64,000 bases of DNA from assembly GCA_964252395.1 (NCBI GenBank), contig CAXUMX010000002.1:74437-138436 (forward strand), written 5' to 3'. Positions 26,682 through 35,533 of the stretch are shown here, piece after piece. Numbering within the stretch: position 1 is the stretch's first letter; each line of letters begins with the position of its first letter. Source of the DNA: an uncultured Acidobacteriaceae bacterium. Lineage in GTDB: Bacteria; Acidobacteriota; Terriglobia; Terriglobales; Acidobacteriaceae. The notes under the pieces are model-generated. The model did no database searches and was not told the DNA's origin. It saw nothing but the letters and a program-made list of their open reading frames with translations. A program made the translations under genes and the position numbers.

Positions 26682-28605
26682 CCTCCGGGTTCATCGGCTC
26701 GTGGGTATGCACCGGCGCAGGCTTATCCAGGTACCACGGGACGTTGATCACCACAACGCGCTGGCTGCCCTTCACCAGCAGCAGAAACTTCAGCACCTGC
26801 GCCCGCTGGTTGTGCAGCGCATTCTGCCACCACCTGCTCACTACCAGCTCCGGCACCATCACCGCAATCTGCGAGTGCGGATTCTCCTGCTCCGTCTTCA
26901 GGATGTAATCCACCAGCGGCGCGACGATGAAGCGGTAGGGGGAGCGCAGGATGATGAGCTTGGGCACGTGCAGACCGGCGGCTTCGAGCGGCGCAACCAC
27001 CATCTGGCGCCAAACGGGGGTCAGCTCGTCCTCGGCATCCTCTTTGTCCTGGTCGTCACCGGTATGCACGTGCACGGCGCGGATATCCTGCGACAGCATC
27101 AGGGCGAAGCGCATGCCCTTCTCCGTGATGCGGCTCCAGCGGTCCATGGGCAGGATGACGATCGGGTCCTGAATGTCGATGGCGGACAGCGGCGAGGGAT
27201 TTTCTACTTCCGCCGCCACGCGGTTGTAATGCTTCTTCACCCGCACCATGAGGAAGATGAGCAGTGGAACCATCACCGCGGTGATCCAAGCGCCCTCGAC
27301 GAATTTGGCTACCAGCACCACGATCACGGTGACGCCGGTAGCGGACGCGCCCAGCCCATTGATGAACATGTGGCGGCTGGCGCCGGGGCCGTCGGCGCGT
27401 TTCCAGTGCATCACCATGCCTGCCTGCGACAGGGTGAAGGCGAGAAAAGCGCCGATGGCGTAGAGCGGGATCAGCCGGTCCGTGACGCCGCGAAAAATAA
27501 TCAGCAGGATGGCGGTGAGCGTGGCCAGCGCGTAAATGCCATGCGAGTAGAGCAGCCGGCGGCCGCGGATGATGAAGACACCCGGGAGAAACTTGTTCAG
27601 CGCGATGGCGCGCGTCAGACGTGGGAAGTCCGCAAAGGCAGTGTTGGCGGAGAGCGCGAGCACCAGCAGGACGGAGGCGATGGTGACGTAGTAGAAGACG
27701 CCGCGGCCCATCACCGCCGCGGTCAACTCTGACAAGACGCTTTGATACTGCGGCGAGACCGGATCGAGGGCACCGATACCGTAGGCGCGGCAAAGGAATG
27801 CGATGCCTGCCAGCAGGGTGATGAGCATGGCGATGATGATGGTAAGTGTGGTCTTCGCCTTCTTCGCGCGCGGCTCGTCGAAGGCCATGACGCCGTTTGA
27901 GACCGCCTCTACACCCGTCATCGCCGTGCAGCCGCTCGAGAACACCTTCAGCAGCAGCCATAGCGAAACAGCCGCCGTCGCCGTCGGTAGGTGCGGCGGC
28001 GCCACTATGGGATGCGGATGGCCACCGCTGGCGAGGGTGCGGGCCAGCCCTACACCGATGACAATCAGCAGCGTGGCGATAAAGAGATAAGTAGGCGCCA
28101 TGAAGACGCCCCCTGCTTCGCGCACGCCGCGCATATTGATCACCGTCAGCACCAGCAGGATGCCAAGACAGATAATCAGCGTGTGCTTTTGCAGCCGGTT
28201 ATCGACCGAGATCAATGCGCCCACTGACGCGGAGATACCCACTGCCGCCGTCAGGATGTAGTCGATCATCAGTGCGGCCGCTGCTAGTAGGCCGGGGTAG
28301 GTGCCTAGGTTCTCCGTCGCAACGGTGTAGGAACCGCCCCCGCCGGGGTAGGCATCGATGGTCTGCCGGTAGGAAAAGAAGACGATTACCAACAGAACAA
28401 GGATGGCGATGGTGATGGGCACGATGTAGCGCACGCCCAGCAATCCCAGCGGGATCAGCAGGGTGAGCGCCGCCTCCGGTCCATACGCAGCGGAGGAGAG
28501 CGCATCCAGCCCGAAGATAGGAACGCCCTTGGCGGGTCCCACGTGCTCCGCGCGCTCCTCTGAGGTAGCGAGCGGACGGCCGAAGAGTACATCAATGAGC
28601 GACAT
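26638..28605 (-). CDS. APC-superfamily permease with C-terminal cytoplasmic domain (KimA-like layout)
   Basis: 655 aa with N-terminal FGLDALSSAAYGPEA and about 12 TM segments, followed by a ~200-aa soluble C-terminal domain. The layout resembles KimA-type K+/H+ symporters, but the substrate is not determinable from sequence. Confidence 0.85.
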   Translation of the reverse strand: MSLIDVLFGRPLATSEERAEHVGPAKGVPIFGLDALSSAAYGPEAALTLLIPLGLLGVRYIVPITIAILVLLVIVFFSYRQTIDAYPGGGGSYTVATENLGTYPGLLAAAALMIDYILTAAVGISASVGALISVDNRLQKHTLIICLGILLVLTVINMRGVREAGGVFMAPTYLFIATLLIVIGVGLARTLASGGHPHPIVAPPHLPTATAAVSLWLLLKVFSSGCTAMTGVEAVSNGVMAFDEPRAKKAKTTLTIIIAMLITLLAGIAFLCRAYGIGALDPVSPQYQSVLSELTAAVMGRGVFYYVTIASVLLVLALSANTAFADFPRLTRAIALNKFLPGVFIIRGRRLLYSHGIYALATLTAILLIIFRGVTDRLIPLYAIGAFLAFTLSQAGMVMHWKRADGPGASRHMFINGLGASATGVTVIVVLVAKFVEGAWITAVMVPLLIFLMVRVKKHYNRVAAEVENPSPLSAIDIQDPIVILPMDRWSRITEKGMRFALMLSQDIRAVHVHTGDDQDKEDAEDELTPVWRQMVVAPLEAAGLHVPKLIILRSPYRFIVAPLVDYILKTEQENPHSQIAVMVPELVVSRWWQNALHNQRAQVLKFLLLVKGSQRVVVINVPWYLDKPAPVHTHEPMNPEVTEAVVTPGAAKAD

Positions 28606-28697
28606 GTGTCAGGACTGGCTCCCCGTGCAACTCTGCTGGATCAACATAGCAGTGAGATGCTCGAAGGCGGCTAAAGAGGGGGTGCGGCGGAGCAGCA

Positions 28698-29003
28698 CTA
28701 CTTTGTTGAGACCGGAGAGATGGCTTCGGGCTGCCGAGAGGCGAGTTCGTTGCGCTGCAGGCAGCGCATAACCGCGATCACTCGCTGGTAGATGAACACC
28801 AGTTCGCTGTCTGGCAGAGGACCGCGATTGTGCGAGCGCACATTGCTGAAGATGACTTCTTCGCGAGCAGGCTCATACACCGGCAGACTGGTCGATTCCT
28901 TCAACTTGCCAATAGCCCGCGCAGCTTCGGCGCGCTGATTCAGCAGCTCTACGATTGCCAGATCGAGTGCATCGATGCGGGTACGCCAGTCGCTGATCTC
29001 CAT
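28698..29003 (-). CDS. Chorismate mutase (AroQ class)
   Basis: 101 aa. WRTRIDALDLAIVELLNQRAEAARAIGKLK...YEPAREEEVI-type pattern of AroQ helical chorismate mutases. Confidence 0.85.
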   Translation of the reverse strand: MEISDWRTRIDALDLAIVELLNQRAEAARAIGKLKESTSLPVYEPAREEVIFSNVRSHNRGPLPDSELVFIYQRVIAVMRCLQRNELASRQPEAISPVSTK

Positions 29004-29107
29004 GCCTGCGCTTCACCTCGAGGATGTGGATGTTTTGAGGCTATCGTAATGGCGAGCCGGTGTGTGGCGAAGAGGCGGGAGCAAGGCTCACAAACTGAGC
29101 GGGAAGA

Positions 29108-29890
29108 TCAGCGGGCAGGAGCCGCGACCGGTCGCAGGCCTTCGACGAAGCGCGCAACCGCTGCCGGTGCTTCAGCTGGCGCGGACTGTTCGATCAGTCC
29201 GACGATCGCGCTACCTACCACTGCTGCGTCGGCAAACTCGCCGAGAGCGGCGACATGCTGCGCGTTAGAGACGCCGAATCCCAGCGCAATTGGAAGACTG
29301 GTGTAACGGCGAATGCGCTCCACCAGCCCGCGCGCGTTCGCATCCAGGGTCTTCTGCGCGCCTGTTATACCGACGCGGGAGATGGCATAGACGAAGCCCT
29401 GACACACCGCTGCGATGCGTTTCAGCCGCTCATCGGTGCTGGTCGGGGCAGCGAGGAAGATTGGCGCCAGGCCAGCGCCGCGGATGGCGTCCAGGTAGCC
29501 CCCCTCAGCTTCCTCGATGGTCAGATCGGTCGCTAGCACTCCATCCACCCCGGCAGCGCGGGCAGCGCTTGCGAAGCGGGCAAGGCCATAGCAAAGGATG
29601 GGATTGAGGTAGGAGAAGAGAACCAGCCCGGTCTGCGGTCGCGCCTGGCGCAGTTCGGAGGCCAGGGCGAGCACATCCTCCATGGTGGTGCCATTGGCGA
29701 CAGCGCGGTGGCTGGCTCGCTCGATCACGGGCCCATCCGCCAGTGGATCGCTGAACGGGACACCGAGCTCGATCACGTCAGCGCCGGCGTCAATCGCAGC
29801 CAGCGCGACGGCGCGCGTGGTGGGCAGGTCCGGGTCGCCAACAGTCAGGTAGACCACCAGGCCGGGACGCTGCGCGAAGTGGATGGGCAT
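29108..29890 (-). CDS. trpA: Tryptophan synthase alpha chain
   Basis: GADVIELGVPFSDPLADGPVI and GFGVS motifs. Confidence 0.95.
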   Translation of the reverse strand: MPIHFAQRPGLVVYLTVGDPDLPTTRAVALAAIDAGADVIELGVPFSDPLADGPVIERASHRAVANGTTMEDVLALASELRQARPQTGLVLFSYLNPILCYGLARFASAARAAGVDGVLATDLTIEEAEGGYLDAIRGAGLAPIFLAAPTSTDERLKRIAAVCQGFVYAISRVGITGAQKTLDANARGLVERIRRYTSLPIALGFGVSNAQHVAALGEFADAAVVGSAIVGLIEQSAPAEAPAAVARFVEGLRPVAAPAR

Positions 29891-29892
29891 GG

Positions 29893-31113
29893 TTAGCGTG
29901 CTCCGTCCTCTGCGCCGCCAAGCTGCAGCTCACGCGAGAGAATGCCCATATCCTTGTCGCCGCGCCCGGATAGATTGACCACCAGTACGTCCTCGGTTGA
30001 CAGCGTCGGGGCCAGCCGGATCGCCTCGGCAACGGCGTGCGCGGACTCGAGCGCGGGCACGATGCCTTCCGTGCGCGCCAGGGTCACCGTCGCGTCGAGT
30101 GCCTGCTGGTCGCTGGCAGAGGTATAGGTCGCTCGTCCGGAGTCGTGCATCGCGGCATGCTCCGGCCCCACCGAGGCATAGTCCAGCCCGGCAGACACGG
30201 AGTGAGTCAGCGACACCTGCCCGTTCTGATCCTGCAGCACGTAGGAGAAGGTGCCCTGCAGCACCCCGGGGGTACCACCGCTGAAGCGCGCTGCGTGCGC
30301 ACCTAGTTGGCTGGACCGGCCGCCGGCTTCCACACCGATCAGGCGCACCTCAGGATCGCGTACGAAGTCGAAGAAGGCGCCCATAGCATTCGATCCGCCA
30401 CCCACGCATGCGATAACGGCCGTCGGCAGCCGGCCTTCTTTTTCCATCATTTGCCGGCGAATCTCCTCGCCTGTAATGCGGTGGAAGTCGCGCACCATGG
30501 TGGGGTAGGGGTGAGCGCCCAGCACGCTGCCCAGCAGATAGTGTGTGGTGCGGACGCTGGTGACCCAGTCGCGCATGGCCTCGTTGATCGCGTCTTTGAG
30601 CGTGCGCGAACCAGAGGTGACAGAGCGTACCTCTGCGCCCAGCAGGCGCATACGGTAGACGTTCAGCTCCTGGCGGCGCATATCTTCCTCGCCCATGTAG
30701 ACGACGCACTCCATGCCGAGCAGGGCGCAAACCGTGGCCGAGGCGACACCGTGCTGGCCTGCGCCCGTCTCCGCGATGATGCGGCGTTTGCCCATGCGCT
30801 GCGCCAGCAGACCCTGGCCCAGGCAGTTATTAATCTTGTGCGCGCCGGTGTGCAGCAGATCCTCGCGCTTCAAATAGATGCGTGCGCCACCCAGCTTTTG
30901 TGTCAGTCGCTGTGCCAGATAGAGCGGCGTTGGCCGGCCTGCGTAGTCGCGCAGCAGTGCATCCAGCTCGGCGCGGAAGATGGGATCGGCGGAGGCCTGC
31001 GCATAGGCCACCTCCAGCTCTTCAAGAGCCGCCGTCAGGGTCTCTGGTACGTAGCGGCCGCCGTAATCACCGAAGCGGCCGGGGCGTGCTGCAGTCTGCG
31101 TCTCCATCAACAT
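29893..31113 (-). CDS. trpB: Tryptophan synthase beta chain
   Basis: [13 protein letters not shown], the [12 protein letters not shown]-lysine region, and GGGSNA. Confidence 0.96.
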   Translation of the reverse strand: MLMETQTAARPGRFGDYGGRYVPETLTAALEELEVAYAQASADPIFRAELDALLRDYAGRPTPLYLAQRLTQKLGGARIYLKREDLLHTGAHKINNCLGQGLLAQRMGKRRIIAETGAGQHGVASATVCALLGMECVVYMGEEDMRRQELNVYRMRLLGAEVRSVTSGSRTLKDAINEAMRDWVTSVRTTHYLLGSVLGAHPYPTMVRDFHRITGEEIRRQMMEKEGRLPTAVIACVGGGSNAMGAFFDFVRDPEVRLIGVEAGGRSSQLGAHAARFSGGTPGVLQGTFSYVLQDQNGQVSLTHSVSAGLDYASVGPEHAAMHDSGRATYTSASDQQALDATVTLARTEGIVPALESAHAVAEAIRLAPTLSTEDVLVVNLSGRGDKDMGILSRELQLGGAEDGAR

Positions 31114-31207
31114 ATGCTCCAGATAGAAGCTTAAAGCATCCTTCCGCAGCAGTTGTCAGCGCAGAACCACTCAGCTTGTCCTCGGTGAACAAGGGGCCCA
31201 GCCTTTC

Positions 31208-31876
31208 TCACAGCACCCTCGTCATGGCGCGCTGGGCATTCTGGATAAACGCCTCGACGCGGTCGGGATCTTTGCGGCCGGCGGATGCTTCCACCCCGCT
31301 GACCACATCCACGCCCCACGGTTCCAGCCTTGCGACCGCATCGGCAACATTCGCCGGGTTCAACCCGCCCGCGACGATCAGCCGCACTCGCCCGCTACGT
31401 TCCAGGAAGACCTCCCGCGCCGCCCCCCAGTCGAAGCTGCGCCCGGTACCTCCAACAGCAGTTTCGCTGCGGCAGTCCACCAGGATGGCGTCGATAGCGG
31501 CATCCCGCTCTAGCGCCTCCAGTCTTTGCTCGAAGTCTGCAGAGAAGTGCACGACGGCAACGATGTGGAATGGAGCGCCGGATTGTCCGAAGTGCGCGCG
31601 CAGCCGCTGCGGTAGCTCAGGGTCTGGACTCTGGTGCAGCTGCACGCCGTTCAGTCCGGCGTCCTGGACGGTCTGCACGATCTCTTCAAAGCTCGCGTCC
31701 ACAAACACGCCGTAGCGGTCCACGTTCAGCGGCAGCTTGGCTGTGATCGCGCGCGCCTGTTCCGGATTGACGCGGCGCGGACTGGGCGCGAAGACAAAGC
31801 CGAGTGCGTTGGCTCCACTCTTGACCGCGTGCATGGCATCGGCCAGGCTGGTGTTGCCGCAGATCTTTACCCACAT
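31208..31876 (-). CDS. trpF: N-(5'-phosphoribosyl)anthranilate isomerase
   Basis: MWVKICGNT start at 31876, with the trpC stop 5 nt upstream. The ORF-track extension to 32128 overlaps trpC and is rejected. Confidence 0.92.
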   Translation of the reverse strand: MWVKICGNTSLADAMHAVKSGANALGFVFAPSPRRVNPEQARAITAKLPLNVDRYGVFVDASFEEIVQTVQDAGLNGVQLHQSPDPELPQRLRAHFGQSGAPFHIVAVVHFSADFEQRLEALERDAAIDAILVDCRSETAVGGTGRSFDWGAAREVFLERSGRVRLIVAGGLNPANVADAVARLEPWGVDVVSGVEASAGRKDPDRVEAFIQNAQRAMTRVL

Positions 31877-31880
31877 CGGC

Positions 31881-32723
31881 TTAGGTCCGCGCCGCGTGGG
31901 TAGACGAGGTCGCCACCAGTTCCGCAGCGGCCTGCTCCATCCACAATGACAGCGCCGCACCTGGATCCGGCGCCCGCATGAATGTTTCGCCGATAAGGAA
32001 AGCACGGTAGCCGGCTGCATGCAGCCGCGCGTAATCTGCCGGCTGGCGGATGCCGCTCTCGGCGACCAACAGCGCACCGTGCGGCAAGTGTCCGGCCAGT
32101 TCCAACGCAGTTTCGATCCGTACTGCAAAGGTGTGCAGGTCGCGGTTGTTGACGCCGACCATGGCGCAACCTAGGCCGGCGACGCGCTCCGCCTCCGCGC
32201 GCGTGTGCACCTCGCACAGCACGTCAAGGGCATAGGATTGCGCGCACCGGTTCAGCTGCTCCAGCTCGTCGTCGGTCAACGCCGCGGCAATCAGCAGCAC
32301 CGCGTCAGCACCCCATGCGCGCGCCTCCACGATCTGGTACTCGTCCACGATGAAGTCCTTGCGCAGGCAGGGAAGTCGGGTGGCCGCGGAGGCGTCGCGA
32401 AGGTTCGCCAGGCTGCCCTGGAAGAAGGGCTCATCCGTCAGAACAGAGAGAGCGCTGGCGCCGGCAGCTTCCATAGCAATGGCGAGCTGCGACGCGGAGA
32501 AGTCGGCGCGTATAAGGCCTTTCGAGGGTGAGGCCTTCTTCAGCTCTGCAATGATAGCCGGACCGCTGAGCCCACGGCGAGCAAGGGTGGATGCAAATCC
32601 ACGCGGCGTATGCTCGGCGGCAGCTCGCTCCAGGACCACTCGCGGCATCGCCTGCTGGCGCGCGCGCAGATCCGTCCGAGTACGCGCCAGAATGGTTTCA
32701 AGATGGGTGGGCAGAGTCGGCAT
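31881..32723 (-). CDS. trpC: Indole-3-glycerol phosphate synthase
   Basis: IIAELKKASPSKG, LSVLTDEPFFQGS, VGVNNRDL. Confidence 0.95.
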   Translation of the reverse strand: MPTLPTHLETILARTRTDLRARQQAMPRVVLERAAAEHTPRGFASTLARRGLSGPAIIAELKKASPSKGLIRADFSASQLAIAMEAAGASALSVLTDEPFFQGSLANLRDASAATRLPCLRKDFIVDEYQIVEARAWGADAVLLIAAALTDDELEQLNRCAQSYALDVLCEVHTRAEAERVAGLGCAMVGVNNRDLHTFAVRIETALELAGHLPHGALLVAESGIRQPADYARLHAAGYRAFLIGETFMRAPDPGAALSLWMEQAAAELVATSSTHAART

Positions 32724-32746
32724 CTTTCATAAGTATAGCGACGACA

Positions 32747-32791
32747 GCTCCGCGGGATTCTTCCGTGCGGCGTGTGCGCAGACCGCGGAGC
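32747..32791. promoter_or_regulatory. Perfect 9-bp inverted repeat in the trpC / SRAP divergent intergenic region
   Basis: GCTCCGCGG (32747-32755) and CCGCGGAGC (32783-32791), separated by 27 nt. The intergenic region is 139 bp. Confidence 0.35.
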
Positions 32792-32862
32792 GGACTGATA
32801 GAAGTATGAGGGGCTCAGCTTTCATCCCGGGCTTTCGACCGGAAGCCGGAGAGTGATTGCCA

Positions 32863-33552
32863 ATGTGCGGACGGTATGTAAGACGCTCAGATAAGCAGCG
32901 CATCGCGGAGCATTTCCGTGTGCACCCGGAGAGCTTCCCGGATCTTGGTGTCTCGTACAACGTCGCGCCGCAGACCTTCCAGCCTATCGTTCGCTTGAAC
33001 CGCGATACGGGTGAGCGTGAGATCGTGATGATGCGGTGGGGCTTGCTTCCGTTCTGGGCGAAGGAACCGAGCTTTGCGCACTCCACCATCAACGCGAAGG
33101 CAGAGACGGTGGCCACCGTACCCACCTTCCGCGAGTCGTTTCGCAAACGGCGCTGCCTCGCGCCGGCAGATGCCTTCTACGAGTGGCAGAAGCTGGACGC
33201 CAAGACGAAGCAGCCTTATGCCATTGCGATGAAAGATGGCAGCCCGTACGCCTTTGCGGGCGTGTGGGACAGCTGGCGCGATCCGGCGACGCGGGAGCGC
33301 ATCGAGACCTTCGCCATCATCACCACGGACGCAAACCCGCTGATTGAGCCGATGCATGACCGCATGCCCGTCATCCTGGCTCCGAGAGACTACGATCGGT
33401 GGCTCAAACCGGGCGACCCCGCGCAGCCGCCGCTCGACCTGTTGCGCGCCTATCCGGCAGAGCAGATGACTACCTGGAAGGTGGACAGGCAGGTTGGCAA
33501 TGTACGCAACGATCGCGAGGAATGTATCGCACCTCTGGTGGAGGAGGAATGA
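32863..33552 (+). CDS. SOS response-associated peptidase (SRAP/YedK family, abasic-site sensor)
   Basis: MCGRY N-terminus (catalytic Cys2), so I prefer the ATG at 32863 over the TTG at 32857. Also RWGLLPFWAK and FYEW motifs. Confidence 0.9.
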   Translation: MCGRYVRRSDKQRIAEHFRVHPESFPDLGVSYNVAPQTFQPIVRLNRDTGEREIVMMRWGLLPFWAKEPSFAHSTINAKAETVATVPTFRESFRKRRCLAPADAFYEWQKLDAKTKQPYAIAMKDGSPYAFAGVWDSWRDPATRERIETFAIITTDANPLIEPMHDRMPVILAPRDYDRWLKPGDPAQPPLDLLRAYPAEQMTTWKVDRQVGNVRNDREECIAPLVEEE

Positions 33553-33569
33553 GCCTGCGGCGGTGCGGC

Positions 33570-34106
33570 TCAGCTCGCCTTAATCTTCTCTTCCTGGTAC
33601 TGCTCGATGTGGTGATAGATCGAGTGAGGGAACTTGAGATTGCGGTAGAAGTTACCGCAGTCCGGATCGTCCGCGTTAGGCAGGATGGGAAACTCCTGTT
33701 GCGACTGCCACTCCAGCAGGCGCTCGCGCTTGGGAGGGTTGTAATCGCGGCCCTCCACCTGGGCGAGCATGGCCTCTGCCTGCTCTTCGGAGAAGTCCGG
33801 GTCGCGCGTAAGCCAGCTCAGCAATTGTTCCTGGGGCAGAAAGTGCCGCGCCACCATGGCGAAGACCAGCCGGCCGTAGTGTCCGATGTCCTTGCCTGCT
33901 TCGAGAGAGTCGAGCAGGTGGCACATGACCGAATCGTTGCGCAGTTCGGCCTCACCATCCGACGAAGAAGCATCCACGCTGCCATCGCCATCCGAGGAGC
34001 GTTGCTCTCCCTTGGTTGATTCCTTCTCTGCCTTCAGCTTTGCCAACTCTGCCTCTGCCTGCTCCGCACGCTTCACCGCCTGCTGCAGCTCTGTCTGTCT
34101 CGACAT
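33570..34106 (-). CDS. Hypothetical protein: N-terminal coiled coil, acidic/Ser-rich linker, C-terminal helical domain
   Basis: 178 aa. Coding-like, but I recognise no family with confidence. Confidence 0.65.
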   Translation of the reverse strand: MSRQTELQQAVKRAEQAEAELAKLKAEKESTKGEQRSSDGDGSVDASSSDGEAELRNDSVMCHLLDSLEAGKDIGHYGRLVFAMVARHFLPQEQLLSWLTRDPDFSEEQAEAMLAQVEGRDYNPPKRERLLEWQSQQEFPILPNADDPDCGNFYRNLKFPHSIYHHIEQYQEEKIKAS

Positions 34107-34249
34107 ACCCGCTCCTTACGCTTTTTATTCGCCTGCAGGTGGGATGGTGTGGGTGGCCGCGCTGTTGCTCAGCACCGCAGTGCAGAGATCTCTGCCCGCA
34201 AAGGGCAGATTTTGATGTTTTGGAAGGGGAGAGACAGGAAAGCAGTAGT

Positions 34250-34336
34250 TGGTGCCGAAGAGAGGACTCGAACCTCCACACCCTTGCGAGTACATGGACC
34301 TGAACCATGCGCGTCTGCCAATTCCGCCACTTCGGC
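34250..34336 (-). tRNA. tRNA-Leu (anticodon CAG), CCA encoded
   Basis: The reverse complement reads GCCGAAGTGGCGGAATTGGCAGACGCGCATGGTTCAGGTCCATGTACTCGCAAGGGTGTGGAGGTTCGAGTCCTCTCTTCGGCACCA. The acceptor stem is 7 bp (GCCGAAG/CTTCGGC). The anticodon stem is CATGG/CCATG with loop TTCAGGT. It has a long variable arm and a GGTTCGAGTCC T-loop. Confidence 0.95.
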
Positions 34337-34504
34337 ACGGGTAAGGTCCAGCGGGTGCTGGACGGCAGCAGTCGCTAGTGTTGCAAAGCGCCTGAGGAAT
34401 GTCAAACCTGCGAGCGCCGGGGTGCTGCGGCCACGTCACTGTGGGAACTACACTTGCTGGATGGCATGGCGGCCCCGTTGGCCGCCGCGTGGAGAGGACA
34501 ATCG

Positions 34505-34744
34505 ATGACGGATGGGGTACAGGCAGGACGCCTGGCGCCGGAGGATGCGAAGCAGCTCCGGCGCATCGCACATGACATCAACAACGCGCTGGAGTTGATT
34601 CTGCAGGCCGGCTACCTGGTGAATACAACCGAGCTGAGCGAGCAGGCGAAGGAGTGGATGAAGCTGCTGGACAAGGGAGTGCAGCAGGCCACCACGCTCA
34701 ACCGCGAGATGCGTGACTACGTGATGGCCCGTAGCGAGACGTAG
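34505..34744 (+). CDS. Stand-alone HisKA/DHp-like helical protein (79 aa)
   Basis: GGAGAGG SD 7 nt upstream of the ATG at 34505. H-box-like LRRIAHDINNALELIL is followed by a second helix. There is no ATPase domain in this or the neighbouring ORFs. Confidence 0.6.
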   Translation: MTDGVQAGRLAPEDAKQLRRIAHDINNALELILQAGYLVNTTELSEQAKEWMKLLDKGVQQATTLNREMRDYVMARSET

Positions 34745-34792
34745 AGGAGGGGCGCCGCATGCGCCCCCTCAGGATGGTCTGCTTTGCTGCGT

Positions 34793-35224
34793 TCAGGAGA
34801 GCAGCTTGGCTTCCAGCGTGATCTCGGTATTGCCGGCGAACAGGCGGGAGATGGGGCAACCCGCTTTTGCTTCCTGCGCAGCCTTGTCGAAGGCGGCTGC
34901 ATCGACGCCTGGCACCTTGGCATGGGTGGTCAGTTTGATGTGTGTGATGGTCGGCTTCTCGTCCTTCCGGCCCAACGTGACCGCAGCAGTGGTCTCAATG
35001 GACTCCGGCTTCAGATTCGCGCTTGTCAGCTGCGCGCTGAGTGCCATGGTGAAGCAGCCGGCATGCGCAGCGGCAATCAGCTCTTCCGGGTTGGTACCGA
35101 TACCGTTCTCAAAGCGCGTGCTGAATGAGTACTGAGCGTCCTTGACCACGCCGCTATCGGTCGAGATGCGGCCGTGTCCGTCTTTCAACCCGCCCTGCCA
35201 TACTGCTGTTGCCTTCCGGTCCAT
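34793..35224 (-). CDS. osmC: OsmC family peroxiredoxin
   Basis: The two conserved Cys regions AAHAGCFTMA and KAGCPISRL. AGGAGC SD lies 7 nt upstream of the ATG at 35224. Confidence 0.9.
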   Translation of the reverse strand: MDRKATAVWQGGLKDGHGRISTDSGVVKDAQYSFSTRFENGIGTNPEELIAAAHAGCFTMALSAQLTSANLKPESIETTAAVTLGRKDEKPTITHIKLTTHAKVPGVDAAAFDKAAQEAKAGCPISRLFAGNTEITLEAKLLS

Positions 35225-35337
35225 TTCCACTGCTCCTGTGTGCGTAGGTTCTGATAGTTCCAGTAACCGCCATATTCTATGGGAGCGGTGCGGATTGCGC
35301 GTGAAGCGGAGGCGCGGCTGCGGTACTCTTTCGGCAA

Positions 35338-35502
35338 ATGTCCCAACCTGCCGCTGACCTCAGCCTCGTACCTGCTGTTCCGACCGACGCGGAGCACCTC
35401 TGCCAGTGGTGCCCCTGCTGCGCCCGGAAGCTGGAAAGCAGCCGCTGCAAGCTGGTGTGCTGGGGCTGCGGCTACTACATGAGCTGCGCAGACTACTACT
35501 GA
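35338..35502 (+). CDS. Unlisted 54-aa Cys-rich (8 Cys) zinc-ribbon-like micro-protein
   Basis: Not in the supplied ORF track (below the 60-aa cut-off). Translates to MSQPAADLSLVPAVPTDAEHLCQWCPCCARKLESSRCKLVCWGCGYYMSCADYY. 31 of the last 33 codons end in G/C, matching genome codon bias. No obvious SD. Confidence 0.5.
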   Translation: MSQPAADLSLVPAVPTDAEHLCQWCPCCARKLESSRCKLVCWGCGYYMSCADYY

Positions 35503-35533
35503 ACGCTCGAAACGCTGAAGAGGAGGAGCCGCT

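Noticed and set aside
28606-28697. Possible c-di-AMP (ydaO/kimA-type) riboswitch upstream of the KimA-like permease. The segment CACGGGGAGCC resembles one conserved element.
   Set aside because: The spacer is only 92 nt. I could not find the other conserved blocks (GGGGUGAAUCC-like, CCGAA.CCG.CAGCUAACCUCGUAAGCG-like). This is most likely a chance match.
34400-34405. TTGACA hexamer (minus strand) upstream of tRNA-Leu, considered as its promoter -35 element.
   Set aside because: It lies 64 nt from the mature 5' end, and no acceptable -10 hexamer sits at 16-19 nt spacing.
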